Shown here: piece by piece, positions 28,577 through 37,472 of the stretch
Layout of the letters: every line of letters begins with the position of its first letter
How positions within the stretch are numbered: position 1 is the stretch's first letter
Source: an archaeon
GTDB lineage: Archaea > Nanobdellota > Nanobdellia > Pacearchaeales > UBA284
DNA length: 64,000 nt
Direction of reading: 5' to 3'
Assembly (NCBI GenBank): GCA_020343435.1
Contig: CP070794.1
Coordinates: 126,413-190,412, forward strand
Translations under genes and position numbers: made by a program
Notes under the pieces: model-generated
Seen by the model: the letters and a program-made list of their open reading frames with translations, nothing else
Database searches by the model: none
Told to the model about the DNA's origin: nothing

Positions 28577-29452
28577 TCACATTTGTTCTAATTTCTTAAT
28601 TCTATCTTTTATAGAAGGATGTGTAGATAATATATTTGGAGCAAATAACAAATGAGAAACTGCTCTATTAATTTCCAATTTCTTTTCTTTTCCCATTTCA
28701 TTTCCTATTTTTTTCAAAGCTCCAACTAATCCAGGAGGATATCTTGTAAATGAAACAGATCCAGCATCAGCCATGAACTCTCTCTTTCTTGAAATAGATA
28801 ATTGGACTAACATAACAATTATTGGAGCAAGAATAGCTAAAGCAATAGCAATTATCATTAAAATTGCTCCGCCCTCTCCAGAACTTCTCCTTCCTCCAGA
28901 AAACCATAAACTTCTTAAGAATATTTGTGAAAAAATAGCAATAGCTCCAACAACAATTGCAACTAAAGTCATAAATCTCATATCATAATTAGCTATGTGT
29001 GCCATCTCATGTCCTACAACTCCTTCTAATTCTTGTTTGCTTAATTTTTTTAAAGCTCCTTCAGTAACACATATAATTGCTCTATTTGGATCTCTTCCAG
29101 CTGTAAATGCATTTATTCTTGAGCCAGGCATAACATATGCTTTAGGTTTAGGCATTCCAGAAGCTATAGACATATTATCTATAGCATTAATGAATCCTCT
29201 GTGTCTAATTGGATCAGCAGGTTTAGCTTTTGCACTTGAGATAGCTATCTTCTCAGAATTATTATAAGTAGCTAAAACATAAATTATAGCTATGATAGTT
29301 GCTATAATCATTATAGTAAAGAATTGTCCTGGACCAAAAGCAAAACTAATAAAATAACCTATAACAACTATAACTACAAAAACTGTGATTAGTAAAACAA
29401 CTGATCTTGTTTTATTTCTAGAAATTTGATCTCTAAAATCTATTTTTCCAAT
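28577..29452 (-). CDS. htpX: HtpX-family M48 zinc metalloprotease (5' end extends past the first ATG at 29311)
   Basis: NAFTAG, HEMAH, SRKREFMAD, STHP; frame open to a TAA at 29459-29461 and encodes DFRDQISRNK plus TM1; start codon uncertain. Confidence 0.85.
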   Translation of the reverse strand: MGKIDFRDQISRNKTRSVVLLITVFVVIVVIGYFISFAFGPGQFFTIMIIATIIAIIYVLATYNNSEKIAISSAKAKPADPIRHRGFINAIDNMSIASGMPKPKAYVMPGSRINAFTAGRDPNRAIICVTEGALKKLSKQELEGVVGHEMAHIANYDMRFMTLVAIVVGAIAIFSQIFLRSLWFSGGRRSSGEGGAILMIIAIALAILAPIIVMLVQLSISRKREFMADAGSVSFTRYPPGLVGALKKIGNEMGKEKKLEINRAVSHLLFAPNILSTHPSIKDRIKKLEQM

Positions 29453-30393
29453 TTTGTTTTAATTTCCTCCAAGATTCTCTTAAATTTTTCTTGAGCATCT
29501 TTTTTAGATTCACGTGATGAAGATGCAACATAATCATGTCCACCGCCCCCATATCTTTTAAATATCTCTCCTAATTTTATTTTTCTCATTAAAGGCATTA
29601 CATTTTTCCAAGGATTTTGTGATGCCTTAACATAATATCTTCCCCTTTTTTTTGACTTAGCAATCCCTACAGCTAAACTACTCTCTGGAAAAAAATGAAA
29701 TGGGGCAAATCTGTACCATCTGATATTTGATGTATTGTAAATCACTATTCTTTTATCATGTTTTTTAATTACTTTTTTTAAGTTTCTAAGATCAGAATCT
29801 GCTTTTTTAAGATAATCTTTTATTTCTTTTTGGATTCTGGGTATTTTTGAGATTTCTTCAAAAGAAGAGCCATTAATTAATCTCTGCAGAATAACTGGAA
29901 TGTTTTTCCTATTTAAAATCAAGGCTAATTGTATCACAGGATTTTTTGGTTTTATAGTTTCTATGGGGGGAAGACCATATTTATAGTATAATGCCCCATC
30001 GATTAGTTTTGCCCATTTTTCAACTTCTCTTAAGTTTTTTAGATCTATTTTAATTTTCTTTTTCTTAGCAAAATTCAAAATTACTTCAAAACAACTTTGC
30101 TTAGAGGGATCATGATAAAATATTTTTGTTGTTTTGGATTTTTTCCCCTTAGGATTTGAATGATGATCAAAATAAATTTCTAAATCTGGTCTGTACTCTG
30201 AAAAATCAACAACACAAGCGGGTTTCTTAATTGGTACTCTTCCTTTTCTCCAAGCCCCCATATCGCACATGCCATAATGAACTTCCCCGGCGATCTCTGG
30301 GTGATATCCTATTTTTTTCAACACATGAAACATTAGATATGCTGATGCGATTCCATCAAAATCTCCATGATAATATAAATAAATCTTTTTCAT
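29440..30393 (-). CDS. DHH-family phosphoesterase
   Basis: YHGDFDG, VVDF, FDHH, GGGH. Confidence 0.85.
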   Translation of the reverse strand: MKKIYLYYHGDFDGIASAYLMFHVLKKIGYHPEIAGEVHYGMCDMGAWRKGRVPIKKPACVVDFSEYRPDLEIYFDHHSNPKGKKSKTTKIFYHDPSKQSCFEVILNFAKKKKIKIDLKNLREVEKWAKLIDGALYYKYGLPPIETIKPKNPVIQLALILNRKNIPVILQRLINGSSFEEISKIPRIQKEIKDYLKKADSDLRNLKKVIKKHDKRIVIYNTSNIRWYRFAPFHFFPESSLAVGIAKSKKRGRYYVKASQNPWKNVMPLMRKIKLGEIFKRYGGGGHDYVASSSRESKKDAQEKFKRILEEIKTKLEK

Positions 30394-30416
30394 AATAATT
30401 AGAATTAAGGGAGGTA

Positions 30417-30983
30417 TTAAAACTTAACTTTAACTGGTTTTCTTTCAGCTTCTGGGATCTTCATAAATTCTTTTGCTTTCTTACTCAAAATTCCTGCAAA
30501 TAAACTACCAGGGAACATTTTGATAGAGTTCTCATAAGCTAAAATAGAATCATTATAAAATTGTCTAGCATAAGCAACTTTATCTTCAATAGCAGATAAT
30601 TCTTGTTGTAAGTGTAAAAAGTTTTCATTAGCTCTTAATTTAGGGTAGTTTTCAGCTATTGCAAAAATACTTTTTAGAGCATTTTGTAGCATATCTCCTG
30701 CTTTAATTCTTTTAGCCATATCTTTAGTATTATTTGCTGAGACTAATGCTTTCCTTGCTTCTGTAACTTCCCTAATCATTTTCTGCTCATGTTTCATATA
30801 ACCTTTAACAGACTCCATTAAATTAGGGACTAAATCAGCTCTCTTTTTCAACTGAACATCAATCTGGGCAAAAGAATTTCTAATTCTGTTATCTAAAACT
30901 ACAAACCGATTATTATATCCCCACAATAAAAGTAAGAAAATAACTACTATGATTATTATAACAATTAAAAACACCGGTATCAT
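30417..30983 (-). CDS. lemA: LemA family protein
   Basis: QIDVQLKKRADLVPNL, AIAENYP.L.ANENF, RQFYND. Confidence 0.95.
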   Translation of the reverse strand: MIPVFLIVIIIIVVIFLLLLWGYNNRFVVLDNRIRNSFAQIDVQLKKRADLVPNLMESVKGYMKHEQKMIREVTEARKALVSANNTKDMAKRIKAGDMLQNALKSIFAIAENYPKLRANENFLHLQQELSAIEDKVAYARQFYNDSILAYENSIKMFPGSLFAGILSKKAKEFMKIPEAERKPVKVKF

Positions 30984-31056
30984 GAAAATAAAAATAAGTT
31001 CTAGTATTTAAACCTTATTAAGAAAGTTATTTAAACTTATTTTCAGTTTTAATTCT

Positions 31057-33219
31057 ATGTCTAGAGAGGATCAAATAATAAAAGAGCGTTTAAGAAAAAT
31101 AGAAGAGTTAAGAAAACAAGGGATTAATCCTTATCCTTACAAATTTGATAAGAAAAACTACTGTGAAGAGCTACAAAAAAAGCACTCTAAACTAAAAAAA
31201 GAACAAGAAGCTAAAGGAACGGTAAAAATAGCTGGAAGAATCTTGGTTATAAGGAATATGGGAAAAATTTGTTTCGGTAAATTACAAGATAATACTGGAC
31301 AAATACAAGTTGTCTTACAAAATCAAAAAACTCCTGAAAAAGAAATTAAATTTTTCAAAAAATACATTGACTCTGGAGATATTTTAGGAGTAGAAGGTTC
31401 TATATTTAAGACAAAGAGAGGAGAATTATCTGTTTTAGCTAAAAAAATAACCCTCTTAACTAAATCTATAAAACCTTTACCTGAAAAATGGCATGGATTA
31501 CAAGATAAGGAAGAAAGATACAGAAAAAGGTATCTAGATTTAATTATGAATCCCAAAGTTAAGGAATTATTCTTAAATAGACAAAAGATTGTTAATGCTA
31601 TTAGAGAATTTATGGAGATTAAGGGATTTACAGAAGTAGAAACACCAATTTTACAATCAATTTATGGTGGGGCATCAGCAAATCCCTTTGAATCTAATCT
31701 AAATGCTTTAAATATGAAAGTCTACATGAGAATTTCTAATGAACTTTACTTGAAAAGATTAATAGTTGGCGGATTTGAAAAAATATTTGAATTTTCAAGA
31801 GACTTCAGAAACGAAGGTATTGATAGATTACATAATCCTGAATTCACACAAGTTGAAACCATGTGGGCTTATGCGGATTATGAAGATAACATGAAATTCT
31901 GTGAAGAAATGGTTAGTTTCATAACTAAAAAAATTCATGGAAAAACAAAGATAAAATTCCAAGATAAGGAAATTGATTTTAAAACACCATGGAAAAGAAT
32001 AAAATTCTTAGATGTTATTAAAAAACACACAAAAGCAGATTTCTCTAAAGTAAAAAAAGTAGATGAAGCTAAGAAGATAGCTAATAAATTAAACGTAGAC
32101 ATAACTAATTGTGAAAGTGTTGGTGAAATAATAATAAATGTTTTTGAAGAACTAGTGCAAGATAAAATAATACAACCAACAATTGTTTATGATTATCCTT
32201 ATGAAGCAGTAGGATTAGCAAAATCTGGAGAAAATAAGAAATTTGTAAAATCTTTTGAACCAATTGTCAATGGTTGGGAACTTGGATTATCTTACTGTGA
32301 ACAGAATGATCCTCAAGCATTAAAGGAATACTGGAAAGAGGCTGAAGAAAAATACAAAAGAGGAGATATCGAAGCACAACCAACAGATCCTGATTTCATC
32401 AATGCCTTAGAAATAGGAATGCCCCCAACATCTGGCATGGGAATGGGAATAGATAGATTAACTATGTTAATGACAGATCAAACTTCAATAAGAGATGTTT
32501 TATTTTTCCCATTTATGCGACCAGAAAAACCATTAAAAGTTCCTTCTCAAAAAGAAAAAAGAACAGATATGAAAAGAATAAAAGAAGTTTTTATTTCTCC
32601 TGAAGCTAGAAAAATTGGATTAAAAACAGGATATGCTATCATTTCTGGAGTTAAGATATATAAAAAAAATCCTGGACTTGAAAAATTAAAAAAATCATTA
32701 AAAGCTAAAAGAGATAAGAAAAAAATTGAATGCATGCAAAAAGCTTTCAGAGCTTTTGGAGTAGATCCTACTAAAAGAGCTCCAAGTGCAGAAGCTCTAA
32801 TCAAAAGAGTAGAATCTGGAAAAGACATCTATAACATCAATACGTTAGTTGATGCTTATAATTTATCTTCTGTAAAAGAAAATTTACCAATGGCAGCATA
32901 TGATTTAGAAAAAGTTGATTTCCCAATAACCTTAAAAGAAGCAAAAGGAGAGGAGATAACCTTCATTGGTGGAGAAAAAAAGAAAACTCAACCAGGAGAA
33001 ATAGTTTACGCAGATGAATTCGAAATATTATGTTTAGATTTTAATTATAGAGATTGTAATAAAACAAAGATAACTGAAAAAACAAAAGAAGTTATCATCT
33101 TTGTTGATGGTTGTGAAGGAATAAGCAATAAAGAAATTTTATCTGCATTGAATAATACTTGTGACTTAATAATCAAGTTCAATGGTGGAAAAGTTATGGA
33201 AAAAAAGGTTGTAGAATAA
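31057..33219 (+). CDS. lysS: class II lysine--tRNA ligase with C-terminal B3/4 (PheRS-beta editing-like) domain
   Basis: ERYRKRYLDL, YGGA.A.PF, FRNEGID..HNPEFT, GMPPTSGMGMGIDRL; then FGVDPTKRAPSAEALIKR...INTLVDAYN. Confidence 0.93.
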   Translation: MSREDQIIKERLRKIEELRKQGINPYPYKFDKKNYCEELQKKHSKLKKEQEAKGTVKIAGRILVIRNMGKICFGKLQDNTGQIQVVLQNQKTPEKEIKFFKKYIDSGDILGVEGSIFKTKRGELSVLAKKITLLTKSIKPLPEKWHGLQDKEERYRKRYLDLIMNPKVKELFLNRQKIVNAIREFMEIKGFTEVETPILQSIYGGASANPFESNLNALNMKVYMRISNELYLKRLIVGGFEKIFEFSRDFRNEGIDRLHNPEFTQVETMWAYADYEDNMKFCEEMVSFITKKIHGKTKIKFQDKEIDFKTPWKRIKFLDVIKKHTKADFSKVKKVDEAKKIANKLNVDITNCESVGEIIINVFEELVQDKIIQPTIVYDYPYEAVGLAKSGENKKFVKSFEPIVNGWELGLSYCEQNDPQALKEYWKEAEEKYKRGDIEAQPTDPDFINALEIGMPPTSGMGMGIDRLTMLMTDQTSIRDVLFFPFMRPEKPLKVPSQKEKRTDMKRIKEVFISPEARKIGLKTGYAIISGVKIYKKNPGLEKLKKSLKAKRDKKKIECMQKAFRAFGVDPTKRAPSAEALIKRVESGKDIYNINTLVDAYNLSSVKENLPMAAYDLEKVDFPITLKEAKGEEITFIGGEKKKTQPGEIVYADEFEILCLDFNYRDCNKTKITEKTKEVIIFVDGCEGISNKEILSALNNTCDLIIKFNGGKVMEKKVVE

Positions 33220-33286
33220 AAACCAATATATTTATAAACCAAAAATTCTTTTTATCGTCGTTATAATAAATATTTAAGGAGGTAAA

Positions 33287-33484
33287 ATGGTAGAAGGATA
33301 TTGCGTTGTATGCAAAGAAAAAGGCGTTAAAATAGACAATCCTGTCATCAGTCAGACAAAACGTGGAGGATTTATTGCTAAAGGAAAGTGCAGTAAATGT
33401 AAAAAAACAACTGTATGTGCTATGATATCTAAAGAAAACGCAGAAAAAGCAATAACTAACGGTGAAGCAAAAAAAGGATATTAA
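33287..33484 (+). CDS. small zinc-ribbon protein (DUF5679-like)
   Basis: GYCVVCK...KGKCSKC; strong SD AAGGAGGT just upstream. Confidence 0.75.
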   Translation: MVEGYCVVCKEKGVKIDNPVISQTKRGGFIAKGKCSKCKKTTVCAMISKENAEKAITNGEAKKGY

Positions 33485-33486
33485 AG

Positions 33487-33651
33487 ATGGTTGAAATCAT
33501 CGTTAAAAGTAAATTAAAAGAAGTTGTAAAACTAAGGGTGGCTGCAAATCTAGCATCAGAACTTAACAAAAAAGTTGAAGAAATTCTAAAAAAAGCTGAA
33601 GAAAGAGCTAAAGCAAATAAAAGAACTACTGTTATGCCTCAAGACTTGTAA
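33487..33651 (+). CDS. short histone-fold protein, 54 aa (not in ORF track)
   Basis: MVEIIVKSKLKEVVKLRVAANLASELNKKVEEILKKAEERAKANKRTTVMPQDL; RxTxxxxD motif; TAATG overlap with hjc. Confidence 0.88.
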   Translation: MVEIIVKSKLKEVVKLRVAANLASELNKKVEEILKKAEERAKANKRTTVMPQDL

Positions 33652-34025
33652 TGGGAAATAAAAAAAGGGGCATTGCTGCTGAAAGAGAATTACTACATAA
33701 ACTTTGGGATAAAGGGTTTGCTTGTTGTCGTGTAGCTGGTTCAGGATCTATTCCAGAACCCTCTTGTGATCTTTTAGCAGGTAATGGGAAGAAAAAGTAT
33801 ATCATAGAGGTAAAGATATCTAAAAAAGAAAAAAAATATATTTCTGCAGATCAAATAAGAGAATTCACAAAATTTGCTGAAAAGTTTGGGTTACAACCAA
33901 TAGTTGCTGTTAAATTTATAAGACAAGGTTGGTTTTTTGTCAAGCCAGAAAAATTAAACAAAACAGAAAAAGGTCGTTCTATTTCTTTAGAACAAGCTAG
34001 AAGATTCAATCTAAAAATATTATAA
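33651..34025 (+). CDS. hjc: Holliday junction resolvase Hjc
   Basis: G..AEREL, RVAGSG, DLLAG, IEVK. Confidence 0.93.
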   Translation: MGNKKRGIAAERELLHKLWDKGFACCRVAGSGSIPEPSCDLLAGNGKKKYIIEVKISKKEKKYISADQIREFTKFAEKFGLQPIVAVKFIRQGWFFVKPEKLNKTEKGRSISLEQARRFNLKIL

Positions 34026-34619
34026 AATTTTGAGTTTTTTTAGATCTCTTATTAATTGAGTATTGTTTTTAAAAAGAATTATTCTCATGCCTAGCTTCCT
34101 TGCAGGAGGAAGGTTTTTTGGTGCATTATCTATAAAAAGAATTTCTTCTGGAGAGAGTTTTATCTTTTTAATAATTAATTTGTAGATTCTTGGGTCTGCT
34201 TTTTTCATCCCAACTTTATTAGAACGCATAACAAATTTAAAATGTTTATAGTAATTTCCCTTTTTCCTAGAAATATCTTTGGTTTTAGTTACATTTGTTA
34301 GGGCAGCAATTAAATACTTCTTTTTTAATTTTAAAAGTAATCTATCAACTTGTTTATTCTTCTTGAGGTATTTTATATTATCTTTAATCCAATCCTTGTA
34401 GAAATTATTGAAATCTTTAATACCCAATGACTTAGCGACAATTCGGGGGAATCCTCTTTTAGAGAGTTTACCTAATTTAGCTAAACGACCATAATGATTA
34501 TAAAATTTTTTGAAATCTTTATATTTAATCTTATATTTCCTACAAAAAGCATGATATCTTTTTTTAGACTGAGAATATAAAATTCCACCCACATCAAAAA
34601 CTATTGTTTTGATTACCAT
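34020..34619 (-). CDS. HAD-superfamily hydrolase
   Basis: FDVGGIL, LTN, K.D.RIY, FIDN, GM. Confidence 0.88.
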   Translation of the reverse strand: MVIKTIVFDVGGILYSQSKKRYHAFCRKYKIKYKDFKKFYNHYGRLAKLGKLSKRGFPRIVAKSLGIKDFNNFYKDWIKDNIKYLKKNKQVDRLLLKLKKKYLIAALTNVTKTKDISRKKGNYYKHFKFVMRSNKVGMKKADPRIYKLIIKKIKLSPEEILFIDNAPKNLPPARKLGMRIILFKNNTQLIRDLKKLKIL

Positions 34620-34627
34620 AATAAAAA

Positions 34628-34698
34628 TGGGGACGGAGAGAATCGAACTCCCATCAGCCGGTCTGGAGCCGGCAGTTCTACCTTTGAACTACATCCCC
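34628..34698 (-). tRNA. tRNA-Trp(CCA)
   Basis: GGGGATG/CGTCCCC acceptor, anticodon arm GCCGG-CTCCAGA-CCGGC, GTTCGATT T-loop; no intron. Confidence 0.95.
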
Positions 34699-34733
34699 TA
34701 AAAATTCTAAGTTAGAACTGTTTTAAAACCTTA

Positions 34734-37472
34734 CTAAAGAATGAATTCTGGCACTTCATAAGGATAAACTATTATAGCACAAGTATCATTCCCATTATCC
34801 CATTTATCCTTACATTTAATATAATAAGGATCACTAATCTGCCATGGTGCTGAGTGTTTAAACTTATCTGCTGAGGACATTGGAGTCCCATCACTAAAAT
34901 TATATGCACAGGATCCCGATCTTAAACTGTAAACACAACTTGCTTCATCATCTGTTTCTATTACTAAACTATTTCCAAAAGCTCCAAATGCAGGATCATT
35001 CATATGATACATTCTAATAACTTCTGGAGGAGTAATATCTTTAACAATAGAGAAAGAAGTTGTAAAGTGATTAACTTCTAAATTACCAGCATCTCTACAT
35101 CTTACAAATAAATAATGTGGTTTTCCTTCATCGGGGGTTGCATTTAATTCTTCAGATACAATTCCAATATGTGTTTGTGTAAATACTTCATCTAAGAAAT
35201 TCATCTCATCCCATAAGATATTATTAACTGCTCCTTGAGTCCATTGCCTTGTATTAATCAAATACTTACAATAAGTATTGTGAGAAGTATTAACAACTAA
35301 CTCTGGTTGTCTTTCATAAGTTTCATAACTATCATTCCATGGAGGTTGAATAATCTCAATATCATAAGGTGGCATTGCAAGTAATGAATAAGGAACTGGA
35401 GGCATTTCATTATCTTCTTCATCTCTGCAAACAAACATTAATCTGTATAAACCAATGCTCTCATTTACATACTCAAACTGTTGCATTAGATCAAGTATGT
35501 GACTAATATCTTCTGAAGTTAGATTATTTCCATACTTTTCTCTTAAAGTTTCTTCATCCATACTTAAATCAATTTGTTCTCCACCATGTGTTAAATCAAG
35601 AGTTAAGTTAGCATGAGTACATTCTCCGCTAGTTACTAAACATCTTCCAGATTCATAAGGAGAAGGATTTGCTTTAACAAATTCAAATTCTTGTCCAAAA
35701 CTTGTCATATTATCCCAATCTACTGATAAAGGAACTGTATGTAATGGAGTACTATACCTGCACCTAACTTCATCTTCATCAAACCATAATTCAATTTCTT
35801 TTTCAGGAAGATTTGCTGGAATAAAACTCTGCCAAGGATCTATATAACATCTTCCAGCATCATGAGCTGTGATTAGATCGGGATAACAAGGATATCTCCA
35901 ATCTGGTTCATCTTCTAATTCAAACTTAACTTGATAAGGATTATCTTCTGGTTGATGAACTGCACCACAAACATCTTGACATTTTATAAAGATAGTATAA
36001 CTTTCTCCAGGGACCAAACCATCTGTAGGAGCATAGACATAATGTTCTGATGAGAATAAATCAGGATCAAATGTAGACATGTTTTCAAATGCTTGGTCTT
36101 TCTTAAAGCTCCATCTACATTTTGTAAACTCTGAATAAGGATTTGCTTCAGCAGAAGTATCTACATATAGTTCTATATATGCTGTATCCCAAGCAATTTT
36201 TCCTAGATCAACTCCCCCACTACTTCCTCCAGTCCAATCTTTATCTCTAACAACAGTTCCATTAATATCATATGCTATTGCATTTAGATAGATTATCTTT
36301 GGACTTCCTCTTTCAGGACAATCTCCAGAGATACATATAACTCTTCCAGGATCCTCTGTTTCAGCAGTAATACAATTAGGTCCTAAAATTGCGCATCTTT
36401 CTTCTGTACAAAAGAATCCTTCTTCATTACAAGATTCACATTGGCTTTCTGTTAAAGGTTGTTCAGGTGCGCAAGTTCCAACATGTGAAGCTAGTCTTAT
36501 TGAAGTTGCTATTCCATAAGTTAATGAAAAGATATCTACAACATACTCCCAAGCGCACCATCCATATCCAATATGTTCTCTATCACTACAATTGATTATT
36601 CTTTCCCAGAAAGATTTCTTTTCTTTTTTTCCTTCTTCAATCTCTTTTTGGATGTTATCTTTAATTTCATTGGCATTTTTATCATAATCGGTCCATGCTT
36701 CCCAAAACTCATTTATTTCTTCTTCTGTGAGTTCAACAGGTTTGCCTGCTACTTTTCTTTTAAGTCTTTCTCTTGTGCTTGTTGAAAGGCCAAGTTTATC
36801 TAAAAGAGCATTCTCTCCTCCTTCTTTTTCTGTTCCAAGTTTAAAAGCCTCTTCAATTTGTCCACTGATTTTATCAAAAACTCCCTCTTTTAATTGTGTT
36901 TCAAATGGGGATAAAATAGAATCTATTAACATTGAGACTAAAGGATTTCTAACAACATTTCCAGCACTACCAACTCCTGTTGCTGCTGGATTTGGATTTA
37001 ATGCTGAACCTTGATTATTGGTGGTTCCAGTAACAGTAAAATCTATCCTTTCTGGAACTGCTGTAGCATAAGAAACTTCATGTATCGGTAAGGTACCATG
37101 CATCTTATCTTTGTATACTTTAAGATTTTTTAATTCTACATAAAAAGTATCACCAACAGATTGACTTGCTTTTATCTTAAAACTAAAAGAATATTCTCTC
37201 CCCTCTCCTTTTTGTAATCTTATTACCTGGGGAGTTTTGGCTCCATTATGAACAATTAATTCTCCTCCTTCTAGACCATCATAATCTCCAGGAACTGTCA
37301 AAGAAATGATAATAGCATTATCTTGGCCCCTTTGGATTGTTTGTGGGGAAGCAGTAAAACTAACTTCTACATCTTCAGCAAATGAAAATGGTGGGATAAC
37401 CAGAGTTATTAAAAAAACTATCATAGCTAATGCTATTATTTTTTCAGCTGTTTTTTTATTTTTTAATTTCAT
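34734..37472 (-). CDS. large secreted Cys-containing protein with four repeated beta-rich modules
   Basis: Likely start ATG 37472 (4-nt overlap with the upstream stop); signal peptide; repeats C[RK][WY]...[YT]..[FY].[KR]C.D. Confidence 0.75.
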   Translation of the reverse strand: MKLKNKKTAEKIIALAMIVFLITLVIPPFSFAEDVEVSFTASPQTIQRGQDNAIIISLTVPGDYDGLEGGELIVHNGAKTPQVIRLQKGEGREYSFSFKIKASQSVGDTFYVELKNLKVYKDKMHGTLPIHEVSYATAVPERIDFTVTGTTNNQGSALNPNPAATGVGSAGNVVRNPLVSMLIDSILSPFETQLKEGVFDKISGQIEEAFKLGTEKEGGENALLDKLGLSTSTRERLKRKVAGKPVELTEEEINEFWEAWTDYDKNANEIKDNIQKEIEEGKKEKKSFWERIINCSDREHIGYGWCAWEYVVDIFSLTYGIATSIRLASHVGTCAPEQPLTESQCESCNEEGFFCTEERCAILGPNCITAETEDPGRVICISGDCPERGSPKIIYLNAIAYDINGTVVRDKDWTGGSSGGVDLGKIAWDTAYIELYVDTSAEANPYSEFTKCRWSFKKDQAFENMSTFDPDLFSSEHYVYAPTDGLVPGESYTIFIKCQDVCGAVHQPEDNPYQVKFELEDEPDWRYPCYPDLITAHDAGRCYIDPWQSFIPANLPEKEIELWFDEDEVRCRYSTPLHTVPLSVDWDNMTSFGQEFEFVKANPSPYESGRCLVTSGECTHANLTLDLTHGGEQIDLSMDEETLREKYGNNLTSEDISHILDLMQQFEYVNESIGLYRLMFVCRDEEDNEMPPVPYSLLAMPPYDIEIIQPPWNDSYETYERQPELVVNTSHNTYCKYLINTRQWTQGAVNNILWDEMNFLDEVFTQTHIGIVSEELNATPDEGKPHYLFVRCRDAGNLEVNHFTTSFSIVKDITPPEVIRMYHMNDPAFGAFGNSLVIETDDEASCVYSLRSGSCAYNFSDGTPMSSADKFKHSAPWQISDPYYIKCKDKWDNGNDTCAIIVYPYEVPEFIL

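Noticed and set aside
34628..34698. Intron in tRNA-Trp, common in archaea
   Set aside because: The anticodon arm is contiguous; no bulge-helix-bulge insertion in any of the five tRNAs
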